From Eledone cirrhosa (taxonomy: Eukaryota): DNA of 64,000 bases. The DNA is taken from contig OZ024745.1 in assembly GCA_964016885.1 (NCBI GenBank), positions 54,312,001-54,376,000 on the forward strand, written 5' to 3'. Position numbers and translations under genes: made by a program. Shown piece after piece: positions 13,965-25,972 of the stretch (the stretch's first letter is position 1; the number at the start of each line of letters is the position of its first letter). Under the pieces are notes generated by a model. That model had not been told where the DNA came from. It ran no database searches and was given only the letters and a program-made list of their open reading frames with translations.

Positions 13965-14612
13965 TATATATACAATACATAAACAGAGAAAGCCTTAAGC
14001 GATACTCCGACCAACTCCATCTCACTCAACAAATATTAGGATATACTTAAGTATTATCCCATTTACGGTTTGGGGTGCTAACTAATCAGTATTTCGTGGA
14101 TAGCTGGTTGTATTATTTTATATGAGACATTATTAAATAAATATCTCTTTCCTTTCAGACGGCCGTTTTCTACAATTTGGGATAAATAATTTCCAGGTTA
14201 TGTAGAAACTTGTATATAATCCATAGTTTTATACACAAGCGGGCTCTTAAATATATATATATATATATTTAAGAGCCCGCTTGTGTATAAAACTATTGAT
14301 TATATACAAATTTCTACATAATATTTAAGAGCCCGCTTGTGTATAAAACTATGGATTATATACAAGTTTCTACATAACCTGGAAATTATTTATCCCAAAT
14401 TGTAGAAATCGGTCGTCTGAAAGGAAAGAGATATTTATTTAATAATGTCTCATATAAAATAATACAACCAGCTATCCACGAAATACTGATTAGTTAGCAC
14501 CCCAAACACTAAATTGGGATAATACTTAAGTATATCCTAATGTTTGTTGAGTGAGATGGAGTTGGTCGGAGTATCGCTTAAGGCTTTCTCTGTTTATGTA
14601 TTGTATATATAT
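13965..14612. repeat. ~280-bp-arm inverted repeat centred on (TA)n, with a partial extra arm
   Basis: Left arm ~13965-14250, (TA)n core, ~55-bp partial right arm 14266-14320, then a full right arm 14321-14612 with few mismatches. Confidence 0.9.
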
Positions 14613-14619
14613 ACATATA

Positions 14620-14674
<55 letters not shown>

Positions 14675-14933
14675 CACATATATATATAACACATAACCAT
14701 ACATGCAATATGTAAACATACAGATAAATATACTATATTATATAAAATACATGACAAACTGGTATCTACCTTCCTAGGTATTCGGAATTCCCGAAGGAAG
14801 GTGATGTTATAGTTTCTTTGGGAAACTACGGGGACCTAAGTAGGAATAGCCCGGTTTGCTTTGATTTAGACTTGGGAATTCGGACCTCTCCTGGCCCAGA
14901 ATAAACTTGTGATGGTCTTGCGTGAAATTAAAT

Positions 14934-15004
<71 letters not shown>

Positions 15005-15097
15005 GTGCAGATTAATTCGGGAAAAATTTAAGCCTTCTGCGATCAAGCCCCTAACGGAACACCACGGCAAGTTTATTCTGGGCCAGGAGAATATATA

Positions 15098-15158
15098 TGG
15101 TGTCCCCAAAAATGTATACACATTTTGATTACCTGTACAGGCAATATTTATTAGAATG

Positions 15159-15160
<2 letters not shown>
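15098..15160 (+). mobile_element. Partial copy of a small Tc1/mariner-like MITE
   Basis: ggtgtccccaaaaatgtatacacattttgattacctgtacaggcaatatttattagaatg is nearly identical to 39417-39478. Confidence 0.6.
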
Positions 15161-15190
<30 letters not shown>

Positions 15191-15194
<4 letters not shown>

Positions 15195-15358
15195 CGAAGG
15201 AAATGTGGTAAGGAACCAGGTGGACCATAACGCACCAAAGTACTCAATACTTAGGGTAGTAGAGTGGGTAATAGGAACAAGTAAGACCCCGACAGCTGAG
15301 CTCAAATTAGCCGTCGAAACGGCTTGAGCTCAGCCGTCGGGGTCTTACTTGTTCCTAT
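15191..15358 (+). mobile_element. Short (TA)n-flanked element with a truncated hammerhead 3' half and a fold-back arm
   Basis: Shares both end blocks with 16322-16438. Internal palindrome 15271-15358. Contains GAAA-CGGCT tgagctc AGCCG-TC-GGGGTC. Confidence 0.6.
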
Positions 15359-15415
15359 ATATATATATATGTATACACACACATACGCATATATATATAT
15401 ATATACACACACATA

Positions 15416-15491
<76 letters not shown>

Positions 15492-15681
15492 TATATGTGT
15501 GGTATTGATATCCGTCTTTTCTCCGTTCAATAGGTTTATACACCCCATTGTTAGACTATATTACTTTGTCAAAATATTACGGTGAAGCTTCTATTTCTAT
15601 TTCAATTTCAAACTTCGCTTGCCGCGTTCCAGGCATACGCACACACACACACATACACACACATACACACACACACACACA

Positions 15682-15718
<37 letters not shown>

Positions 15719-15791
15719 CCTCTCTCTATCTCTCTCTCTCTCTCTCTCTCTCCCACTCTCTCTCTATCTATCTCTCTCTGTATATATATAT

Positions 15792-16180
15792 ATATCAATG
15801 ATATTAATAAATAGAAACTATATTTATAAAACCATATTTATTTTATTATATATATTTTAAGGGTACCAAAAAAAACTTTGGTACGCCCTCATCAGATAAA
15901 ATACAAAATTTGTTTTATAAATAGTGACATACCCGATAAACCAGACCTATCGGTTAAGGTTCTTTATCCAAACAGAACCTTAACCGATAGGTCTGGTTTA
16001 TCGGGTATGTCACTATTTATAAAACAAATTTTGTATTTTATCTGATGAGGGCGTACCAAAGTTTTTTTTGGTACCCTTGAAATATATATAATAAAATATA
16101 TATGGTTTTATAAATATAGTTTCCATTTATTAATATCATTGATATTATACTCCAGGAAACTGTCGAATGCTTCGAATCTG
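15792..16180 (+). mobile_element. Palindromic hammerhead-bearing element, family A
   Basis: Inverted repeat 15792-16145 with a 10-nt loop at 15964-15973, then tail tactccaggaaactgtcgaatgcttcg. (TA)n on the left. Confidence 0.8.
16032..16100 (+). ncRNA. Type I hammerhead ribozyme (the mirror copy ~15837-15905 on the minus strand has GAAA->AAAA)
   Basis: TGTATTTTAT-CTGATGA-GGGCGTACCAAAG...TTTGGTACCCTT-GAAA-TATATA-TA^-ATAAAATATA. Predicted cleavage after 16090. Confidence 0.85.
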
Positions 16181-16237
16181 TTATAAATAAATTTGTTGAA
16201 TTACCAGCAAATTAAATATCTCTTTGCTTATATACAT

Positions 16238-16321
<84 letters not shown>

Positions 16322-16325
<4 letters not shown>

Positions 16326-16438
16326 CGAAGGAAATGTGGTAAGGAACCAGGTGGACCATAACGCACCAAAGTACTCAATTCCAGAATTAGCCGTCGAAAC
16401 GGCTTGAGCTCAGCCGTCGGGGTCTTACTGGTTCCTAT
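16322..16438 (+). mobile_element. Second copy of the short element with a truncated hammerhead 3' half
   Basis: ataacgaaggaaatgtgg...gtactcaat + aattagccgtcgaaacggcttgagctcagccgtcggggtcttac. (TA)n on both sides. Confidence 0.6.
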
Positions 16439-16640
16439 ATATATATATACATACACACACATATATATATATATATATATTTACTAAAATAACAGATTAA
16501 AGTTTAAGCAAAGAATCGCTGCTTTCACCCTTAACGGGATCTTCTGAAACTAACAAAGTCAATCTGTAAACGCAGAACTGGATATTTCAAAAAACGTTGC
16601 AACCGGAGGAAGACAGGAAGACGATACTTTGGTTCGTGGA

Positions 16641-16902
16641 AACGTTCGCTGGCAAAGAACGGGAAAAAACGAATAAGATACGTCATTAATAGGAGCGGTG
16701 AAAAACAATTACGCGCAAAGACAGAACCACGTTTATGGTATGAAAGAGGTCGTAGACTAATGTTCTCTTAGGTGGTGCATAGAGACGTTCTCTGGCAATG
16801 TACGAAGAAAACGAAGATAATACGTCATATGTGGAGCGTGGAGAACAATAGCACGCAAAGACAAAACCACGTAAATGGTATAGCAGAAGTCGTAGACTAA
16901 AT
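16641..16902. repeat. Two diverged direct repeats of ~120 bp
   Basis: acgttc.ctggcaa...atacgtcat...ggagcg...cgcaaagaca.aaccacgt..atggtat...gtcgtagactaa at ~16641-16760 and ~16785-16902. Confidence 0.75.
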
Positions 16903-17844
16903 TCTAACTAGGAGACCGAATGAATCTCCGCTACAGAGTTAAGAACAAAGTAAATAAATACAATACAGAAGTAACGGAAATAAATAAATACATACACGCA
17001 AACAAATACGTACATACACAAGCATACGCAAAAATTTACCATAGGTAAACAAAACCACGCACATATAAATATGTGTGTGTGTGTAAGCGTGTATACCAAT
17101 AAATAAATAATTATATAAACGTATATAAATAAATAAATACGTTTATAACAAGCGCGCACACATACCCACATGTAAATACACGAATGTTCGGAGACGTAAG
17201 TCAACCAAAACATGAAGTACACATATACACACGCCCTACATATATATATATATTACCAGCAATATATATATATATATATATATTACCAGCAAATTCAATA
17301 TCTCTTTGCTTATATATATATATGTATGTGTGTGTTCATGTGTGCCTGTGTGAAGGTGTGGCAGAGTGCATATGTTTATGTTGCTCACATTTTTCTGAAG
17401 ACAACGATGAATTCTAAATATTTCTCACTCGACATTATAATTAGTACATACTGTTCACCTCTCGTAACTAAACGCTCATACATTCTAAGTAATTCACTCT
17501 GAACGTGAAATAGAACTTATTTGTCTTAAGCATGTATAAACCTTTTAAGGAAAACATTTCTAATTAAGAATACTGTTCATCATTTTGAAATAATTTTGAA
17601 TAGTTAGGAATTTGGAAGGTGATTGGGGCATAACTCAACGAAGTTTCTTACATGAAATTAAGATTGGAGCATTATTTTAAATATAATCATTTCAGAACAA
17701 ACTGTTTAGCATTGTAGAACCAGGGGCTGTTTCATGTCTGGTATAAAAGTAGGTTTTATCCTATATTGTAAAGATTTTTCTCTAAGTATGAACGAGAGAT
17801 TTAAATATTGTTACCCATATATATATATACAGACTGTAAATATT

Positions 17845-18040
17845 TTAAACATCTCTTTCTAAATGTGAACTATAAACAGTAAATTCTGCTTTCTCCCCGC
17901 CCATATATTTTGCTAAAGACATATATAGATCTTAAACATTTCTCTCAAAACATTAACTAGAAACAATAAATATGTCCCCCTCTTATATTTAACTAAAGAC
18001 ACACGTAGATTCTAAGTCTTTCTATCTAAATATGAACTGC
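17845..18040. repeat. Degenerate ~80-bp tandem repeat, 2-3 units
   Basis: Recurring taaacat...aact...aaaca.taaat...cccc...atattt..ctaaagaca...tagat. Confidence 0.55.
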
Positions 18041-18430
18041 ACAATCTAAAACGAATATATAAAAAAAATGTATAAACTAAAATGCAAACAATACATACTA
18101 TGAGAAAAACTAAAATCTGAAACCTTAAACAAAATTTCATCTAATTTTATTTGAGGTAAAAGTTGCATAAAAATAAATTAAGAAATTTTTTAATTTTTGT
18201 TTTCCTGTTTTGTTCCAAATACATTTCTTCTTTCATTTTCTTGCAAAAATTACAAATATATGTGATTGGGTTATTTATTCTTCTCCTCTATATTTTGTTT
18301 TCAGTTTTTTAGTTTCGTGTGTATTTCTATTAGTTTTTAAAAATATTATTTCTTTATTTACTCCTTTTTTTCCAGTTATTTTACAAAAGAATAAACAACT
18401 TATTTCACTTTTGCGAAACAGCATCCAATG

Positions 18431-18478
<48 letters not shown>

Positions 18479-18912
18479 CATACATACAAACATATTTCTA
18501 TATTGTATATATATATACATACAAACATATCCATATATATATATATATATATATAAATATCTTTGTATATATATATATATATATATGTATATTTATATAT
18601 AAACATATTTATATATTGATAAACAAACACACACACTCAAATAGATGTATGTATATATATATATATATATTTGTATTTGTTAGTGGTTCTACTCTCACAA
18701 AAAATTCTAATCTTACATTTGTTTAAGTTTTATAACATTCTCTCTTCTGTTTTGTCTAGATTGAATTTACGTTTCGCAAGATTCATATTTCTACCACACG
18801 AAATCTGAACATTTAATCTAACCTAAATATATTTCTGGAGTATTTGATTTGGTTTCTGATCGAATTTTCACTCCAGAGCATTTCGATTTAAATGAAGAAT
18901 TCATCAAAACAA

Positions 18913-19205
<293 letters not shown>

Positions 19206-19212
19206 TACAGAG

Positions 19213-19256
<44 letters not shown>

Positions 19257-19628
19257 TTATATATATATATATATATTTAAATATACACATATATATGTGT
19301 GTGTGCATACACATACACATACACCCACATACATACATACATACATACATATGTACACACATACATATGTACACACACAAATATATATGTATACATATAT
19401 ATATATAGAGAGAGAGATAGCTAGCTAGATAGAAAGATAGATAGATACAGCGATAGATACATGCATATATAAGAAAGGGCACGTAACGTGAAGTTTGAAT
19501 ACTTGTATTAAGTGCTAAATAATGCAAAGCTGAATAAAAATATTAATACACACACATATCCACCAACACACACACACACACACAAAGGACGTATGTATTC
19601 ATTTATGTATGTACACACACACATACAC

Positions 19629-19732
<104 letters not shown>

Positions 19733-20019
19733 GTAACATATTATAAGAAATATCTTAATCTCGCATGCTTTTCATGATTTGTGGGTAAAGAAAAAATTAC
19801 CAAAATCTAAATTAGGCACTCTAATTCTCAAATATTGATAAGGAAATTTTGTTGTTTGTTAACCCATAATTTCTTTAAAAGTTCACAGCCGATTGCCAGA
19901 GAAATATAAAAGAAAAAACTTTTGTTTTCTTGATTTCCATTTTATTTCATCTTCTAGCCGGGTTTCAAGGCACGTATACGTTAGAGGTAGAGAAACCTCC
20001 AGACAATGTGAGCGGTTGA

Positions 20020-22350
20020 AGTCTGAACAATTATTTGGCCCTCGTAAGTTGTTGGTTCTCCTGGGATCTGGTAAAAATATTGTTGTACCCTTTCTTGATC
20101 ATTCCAATGACACCTACAACAACAGGGATGACTATGGTTTTTAATTACTACATCCTAGATATCTCAATCTCAATTCCTTGTATATAGATAGTATCAACAA
20201 TTCTTTTGCTGAGATGTTTCTCTCAGAAGGCAATGTCATATCAATTAACGGGCATATGTCTTTTTAGCTTTTGATGACGATGTCTGGCCTGTTATTATTT
20301 ATTTGCTTGTCTGTATGTATCCCATAATCCCAATAGGATAGTAACATTCTTTCCTTCAGGTTGTGGATGGTATTCTCACCAGTTCTTATGGTGTGGGATA
20401 TCAAAGTGACGGCATATACTTCAATGCAAGTATTGGCCAACACGATCATGCCTGGTTTTATATTCTGTAAGAGCAAAGACTGAGCAACCGGTAATAATGT
20501 GGTCAGTGTTCTAAAATTTACTGTCCCACTTTGTGTCTGCCCTATTGTGCAAGACATTAAGTTGATAGTTTCGGGTGAGAAGACTGTTTTGAGCTGCTAG
20601 GATAAGTCCTTCAGATTTGGCTTTCAAACCAGACCTATACAATCACAGATGGGTTCTTTTCATATCTAAATCAGCTTCTCCAGTTCGTTAGGGTTCTTGC
20701 TTATGCAATAAATTTTCTTGTAACAATCTTGACATTTCCTTGAAGCTTCTGTTGCATTTTGGGTAGTATGTCCTCGTTATCATTATCATGATCAGGGAAG
20801 TTAATTGATATGCCTCCTTTGAGATAGTGCAGTTTCTTACACTGATCATGTTGTCCTACAAGCTGTATCACCCAAATCTGCTTTTGAATGCATGTAGAAG
20901 TGTGAGATGAACTTGTCAAAAATCTTGTAACCGTAATTTGTTCTAATCAACAAGGGATATGTAAAAGACAGAATAGAAAAGGGGAAAGTGAGTCGCCCTG
21001 AAATATTTAACGATCTACTTTGATTTTCTGACATATTCATGTTTTTGTCGTGGCTGAGAAACAATTTCCTGTTCCACAATCCCATACTATGTGGCAGAAA
21101 ACGTTTTACGGAAGGATAGATTTTGTATATATATATAGCGTCTTCGAATTCCATCTATGTGGGACACTGTCAAGCGGCTTACGATAGTCAATCTATACTG
21201 TGCAAAAATTAAAATTTTTGCTTATTGAGAGCTGGTCTTTGCAGCTGTATGATCAAGAAGAAAGATGTTGGTTTGATCGAGAAATGGTACATCATTTCGG
21301 TAATGATGGATGTAAGTATTGTGTACGTAGTTTTCAAACAAGTTATAAGCCTGTATTTTTCAGGTTCTTTGTTTCGTTCGTAGATATGTTATCCCTAGGA
21401 AGTAGTTATATTATCCATAATGTGAGTCTGTTTGGAGTCTTTCGGGTTTCTGATGATATCGGAAAAACATTCCATTAAAACTGGCGGTGGGATGATGAGA
21501 AGCTATTAAGTCAGAAGTCAAGATTTTTATCATATCCAGGCGACCTTCACAAACGAGTTTTACATAGGGCTTGAGTTAGTTCCTGCATTGTAATATCTTC
21601 CCATTCTTCTTTTTTTTTCTCTCTCTACCCATGCAACTTCTTCATTAAATTCCTTTCTATCGCTCCATGAATGTTTCTGTCCCTTCTTTCATATCAGGTT
21701 AATCTTTTTCATCGATCGACTGTATCCCTAACACCCTGTAAGATTTCTTAGTATCAGTTTTAAATATCTTGTATGTAAAATGTGTTTCTCTTTTCATATC
21801 TTCGTAAGCGTTGGGTCTTAACCTGAGCATTTTGCTCAATCATCCCTTTTGCCCCCAGGACTTCATTCATGTTTATCAGATTGTACTTCCGTTTCAACTT
21901 TCTAGCCATTCTCATTTTTACATTATTTCCTTTGGAGAGTTTGCCCTTCTTTGGAAGATATGTATGAGCATTACGGTGTTTTCTTAGTCAATTGTGGAAA
22001 CTGATGACAGTGCTTTCGACCGACCACGGTCGGTTTAAATGCGCAATATTGGATAAAAACGTACACAGGAATGGACCAGCGTATTATTATTCGTAACACC
22101 TTTGCTTTGGCTGACGTTTTACCGACACTATACGAAAAGAGCGAACCATAGCTAATGTCCAAATGTCCTTTGGGCCATTCCATCTCCTTCAACTTTCCAA
22201 CATTCTTCTTTTTGCAACAATCCTGTCCTATTATATTTTCCTTGTGTAATTACTACCAAGTATCAATCAGATACTTAGGAAAGGTATTGTTGGTTTTGTT
22301 AGTTTTCGATAGCTTTGTATTTGTTCCGTCCTCAAATTCACTTCATATAG
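20020..22350 (-). pseudogene. Decayed R4/Dong-clade (RLE-type) non-LTR retrotransposon
   Basis: Minus-strand remnants in the expected order: KLKRKYN...QRLRRYEKRN (N-terminal), ETKNLKN...TTYTILTSIITEMMYHF...IDYRKPLDSVPH (RT start), GLILAAQ, WDYGIHTDKQINNNRPDIVIK, TIVIPVVVGVIGMIKK (RLE). Confidence 0.7.
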
Positions 22351-22514
22351 GTAAATAATTAAAAAATAAAGGAAAATATAAACAGGTCGGAGAAGGCGAT
22401 AAAAAGAAGCATTACGGAGCATAAAATATATTTAAATGTTATTATATATTAATCAAATTTGCTCTAAAAATTAAACCGAAAAGACTGTGTGTTGACATAA
22501 TACAAAGACAACAA

Positions 22515-23195
22515 ATTTCGAAGTCTGTGGGCGGTACTTGTTAGAACTGTCTTTTAAATTTCATAGATGTTAGGTTTACTAGGTATGTTTTCTAGAAGCC
22601 TTTGAATATCTTTCTTTATGACACCTAGATGTTTTATCACTACCGGAATAGTTTGTGTTTTAAGGTGCCACATTCTCTTTATCTCAATTTCTAGATCTTT
22701 ATATTTAGCAACTTTCTCTTACTCTTTTGCTGACACATTTCTGTCAGACGGTACAGTCATGTCAATAAGTTAGGTCTTGCTTTTTTCAATCTTTAATTCT
22801 AATATTAGGGCAGTTTGTATTAAGAGTGCGATCTGTGTGAATGGGAAAGTCTCAAAGGATTGTTACTCCTTTAATTTCAGTTAATCGTTGCTGTTTGTGT
22901 TCATACTAGTTTTCTGCATGTTTCGCATAGTAGTTTTTGCCTCAAAATATCATATCTAATCTTTTGGATTAATCCTCTTCCCCTTCTTGTCTTGGCAAAT
23001 AGAGGCGATCTACGTCTGCCTGCCATGGGTTGATGCACATTGTTGGCTGTAAGGAGTTTTCGATTTTTGGAATCTATTCTTTGAAGATCAGATAAGTTCC
23101 AATTGATATTGTTATAACTGTATCGTACCACTGGTACAGATAAGGGGTTTATAGCCTGGAAACGGCTTTTAGAATTTAGTTCAGTTTTCATTCAG
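22515..23195 (-). pseudogene. R4/Dong LINE 3' fragment, internally deleted
   Basis: KTELNSKSRFQAINPLSVPVVRYSYNNINWNLSDLQRIDSKNRKLLT...GRGLIQ (thumb), then FPIHTDRTL... and KYKDLEIEIKRMWHLKTQTIPVVI (RLE end). Confidence 0.75.
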
Positions 23196-23221
23196 GATTA
23201 GCCTTACTTTTTTGTAATGTT

Positions 23222-23363
23222 TTCTTCTTCTTCTTCTTCTTCTTCTTCTTCTTCTTCTTCTTCTTCTTCTTCTTCTTCTTCTTCTTCTTCTTCTTCTTCT
23301 TCTTCTTCTTCTTCTTCTTCTTCTTCTTCTTCTTCTTCTTCTTCTTCTTCTTCTTCTTCTTCT
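23222..23363. repeat. (TCT)n microsatellite
   Basis: Seen directly. The poly-E and poly-S ORFs are artefacts. Confidence 0.95.
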
Positions 23364-23414
23364 ATGATATATTTCTTGAACTGTTTATATTCACTTATAA
23401 CGATACAGACCATC

Positions 23415-23503
23415 ACTGCCTCATGGGGTCGATTCAATCGACTTTCCCTTCCCTCCACATTGCTGGCTTTCTGCCTGTTGTAGAAATCATCATTATTATT
23501 ATT
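23415..23503 (+). mobile_element. SINE 3' fragment with (ATT)n tail
   Basis: ggggtcgattcaatcgact...attgctggc...tagaaatcatcattattattatta matches the family 3' end. Confidence 0.65.
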
Positions 23504-23639
23504 ATAGATAAACCCAGCATTTTACTAACTGTATTATACTGATTCTGTCTAAGGATTATCTTAAGAACGTACATGCCTACACGTTAATTTAAAATTAAAC
23601 CATTGAATATGTCTCGTCGCAATCGACGGAGGACCTATT

Positions 23640-24430
23640 ATCTTCTCTCAATAGCAATGTATGGGTAGTTGTATTGCCACTTTCTTTTACTTGCCAACAA
23701 AATTCAGCTAAATTTCTTGTATTACCTTTTTCATACCCAATCATTCTATTTTTGTGCTTTTAGTTGCCACCTACTATGTTTTAGTTTCTGTGTATTTTTG
23801 TTTCAATAAAGATTGTTCACATTCCTTGTTCTGGTGCAGCAACTAGGAAAGATTTTGCTAAAGTCTTTAGTCTTCTATACAACTGTTCTTCTATGTCTTC
23901 TGTTTGCCTGAAAAGTGTTGCATGTGCAACACGTTTGCTTTCAGTCCTTTACCCTCCCTCACCCGTTTTTCCTTTTGTTTGTAATCCTTTTCTATTCAAT
24001 GTATTTGCTATCGATCCTTTTGGATGAACATACATATAAGCTTCTCTTCACTTTTTCCCAAATGTCTTTCTAGTCCCATAATTGCTAATTGTATTGTATC
24101 GGTTACATTGAGTAGTCCCATGCTTCTGTTTGCTTGGCATATACATTTTACTAACACTCGTGGATGGAGCCTATTGCTCATTGTTAACAGCTTTCTGGCG
24201 CGCCTATCCATTTGATCAAGTTCGCCTCACGTTCACTGAAGGAAGGCTGCAGAATATATTAATATTGGTATTGCGCAGTTATCGATTACTTTAACAATAT
24301 AATTTTTTTCTATTCAGTTTTATGTCTAAGATCTTCCTGACTCTCCTTGTATATTCTACAGCTCCATCTTTCACATCTTTTTGTTTTACTTCATCATTCT
24401 GCTACGCACCCCAATATTTGTAAACTTCAC
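23640..24430 (-). pseudogene. Third R4/Dong LINE fragment
   Basis: EYTRRVRKILDIKLN, ELDQMDRRARKLLTMSNRLHPR and FLVAAPEQ remnants. Confidence 0.65.
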
Positions 24431-25060
24431 ATAAAATTCTGTCAATGAATTTATTGCCTTACAATCTGGAAGAATGATTCCCTAAGAGTTTACAAACTCC
24501 AACATATTTTATTATATTTTTGACATCAGAATCTAAACTGACTCTAATCCCAATATTTCACTTGAATATAACTAACTATAACTAACAAATCCAGCTTCTA
24601 ATATATATCTGTAAAGATATTGAAGTCATCCATAAACAATAAACTGTTAAATCAGCTATCACATTGCATTTATATATTACCTTAATTTGATATATCGTCA
24701 TATAGAGGAGAAATGGAGATATGGTTTCGAATATAAAAACGAAAGAAAAAAGAAAAAAGAAAAAAAACATTATTTTGTCTTCAGCCACGTGACTGTATCT
24801 GGACTCAACTCACTTAGGTACTATGATCACATTAATATTTCGTATTCCATTATATTGCCGAATATTTTCAGATAAAGTTGTCATAGTAGTTTAATATTGG
24901 TCAACTTTATAAGGCGGGGATATGATAGGACTACATTACCGTGTAGTGTACTTCTCTTATTTAGATCGATAAGAGGGGAAAAGTGATACTACTACTATTT
25001 CCAAAAGGGTGGAGCGAACCAGGCAAAGCTTATTTATTTACTCAGATACTACTGTATCCA

Positions 25061-25254
25061 ATAATAATTGTTTCTACTTTAGGCACAAGGCCAGCAATGA
25101 CCCAGTACATTACTGGAACTTTATTTTATCGACCGACCCCGTAAGGATGAAAGGCAAAGTTAACCTCGGCGGGATTTGAACTCAGACTGTAAAGGGACGT
25201 AACTATGCTAGAAAACATGGCGTCCAACCCTCTACCGATACTGCCAATTCACCG
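25061..25254 (-). mobile_element. tRNA-derived SINE (tandem copy 1)
   Basis: Same family. The head and flank tccatgctgtacccaataataat are duplicated in the adjacent copy. Confidence 0.88.
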
Positions 25255-25268
25255 TCCATGCTGTACCC

Positions 25269-25490
25269 AATAATAATGGTTTCTTATATAGGCACAAGGC
25301 CAGTAATTTTTTGGGGGAAGGGAAAGTCGATTAAATCGACCCCAGTGCGTGACTGGTACTTTATTTTATCGACCCCATAAGGGTGAAAGGCAAAGTTAAC
25401 CTCGGCGGGATTTGAACTCAGACTGTAAAGGGACGTAACTATGCTAGAAAACATGGCGTCCAACCCTCTACCGATACTGCCAATTCACCG
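25269..25490 (-). mobile_element. tRNA-derived SINE (tandem copy 2, long-3'-end variant)
   Basis: Head identical to copy 1, with the longer 3' module (gtcgattaaatcgaccccagtgcgtgac) also seen in the 6658 copy. Confidence 0.88.
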
Positions 25491-25695
25491 TCCATGCTGT
25501 ACCCAATAATAATGGAATGAGATGATATGGCTTTCGACACTAGATTCATCTCCGTGGCATTGTTTTCATAAAATGTTTCATATCCTAACATTCTTTATGT
25601 CAATAATAAAATGTCTTTCTGTCACCTTCTGCCGGGGTTTGAAAGCAGTCTATTACACAAAAACAGTAGCACTGTAGCGAATACATTTCTAATAG

Positions 25696-25760
<65 letters not shown>

Positions 25761-25972
25761 CTCTTTCTGTCTGACGTGTGGAATATCGCCGGTAAGTTTT
25801 TTGTTGATTTCTATGCAAAAAACCGATCTAATTGTTTGAAAAAATACATTTTGTAGATTAACCCCAAGCTGAATTGTCAGCTGGGTGGTAATCCCATTTT
25901 TCGCCCCTGTAGGGGCGAAAATTTTATTTAAAAAATTTTGTTTAAAATATCAGATTTTACAAAGTAAAAAAC

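Noticed and set aside
14405-14500. Possible hammerhead in the 14-kb palindrome (ctgaaagg...cgaaatactgattagtta)
   Set aside because: Core and stem III deviate from consensus, so it is not called as ncRNA.
16505-16555. Minus-strand CAGAAGA-tcccgttaagggt-GAAA resembling a hammerhead core
   Set aside because: Core position 4 is not U, and stems I and III cannot be paired convincingly. At best a decayed remnant.
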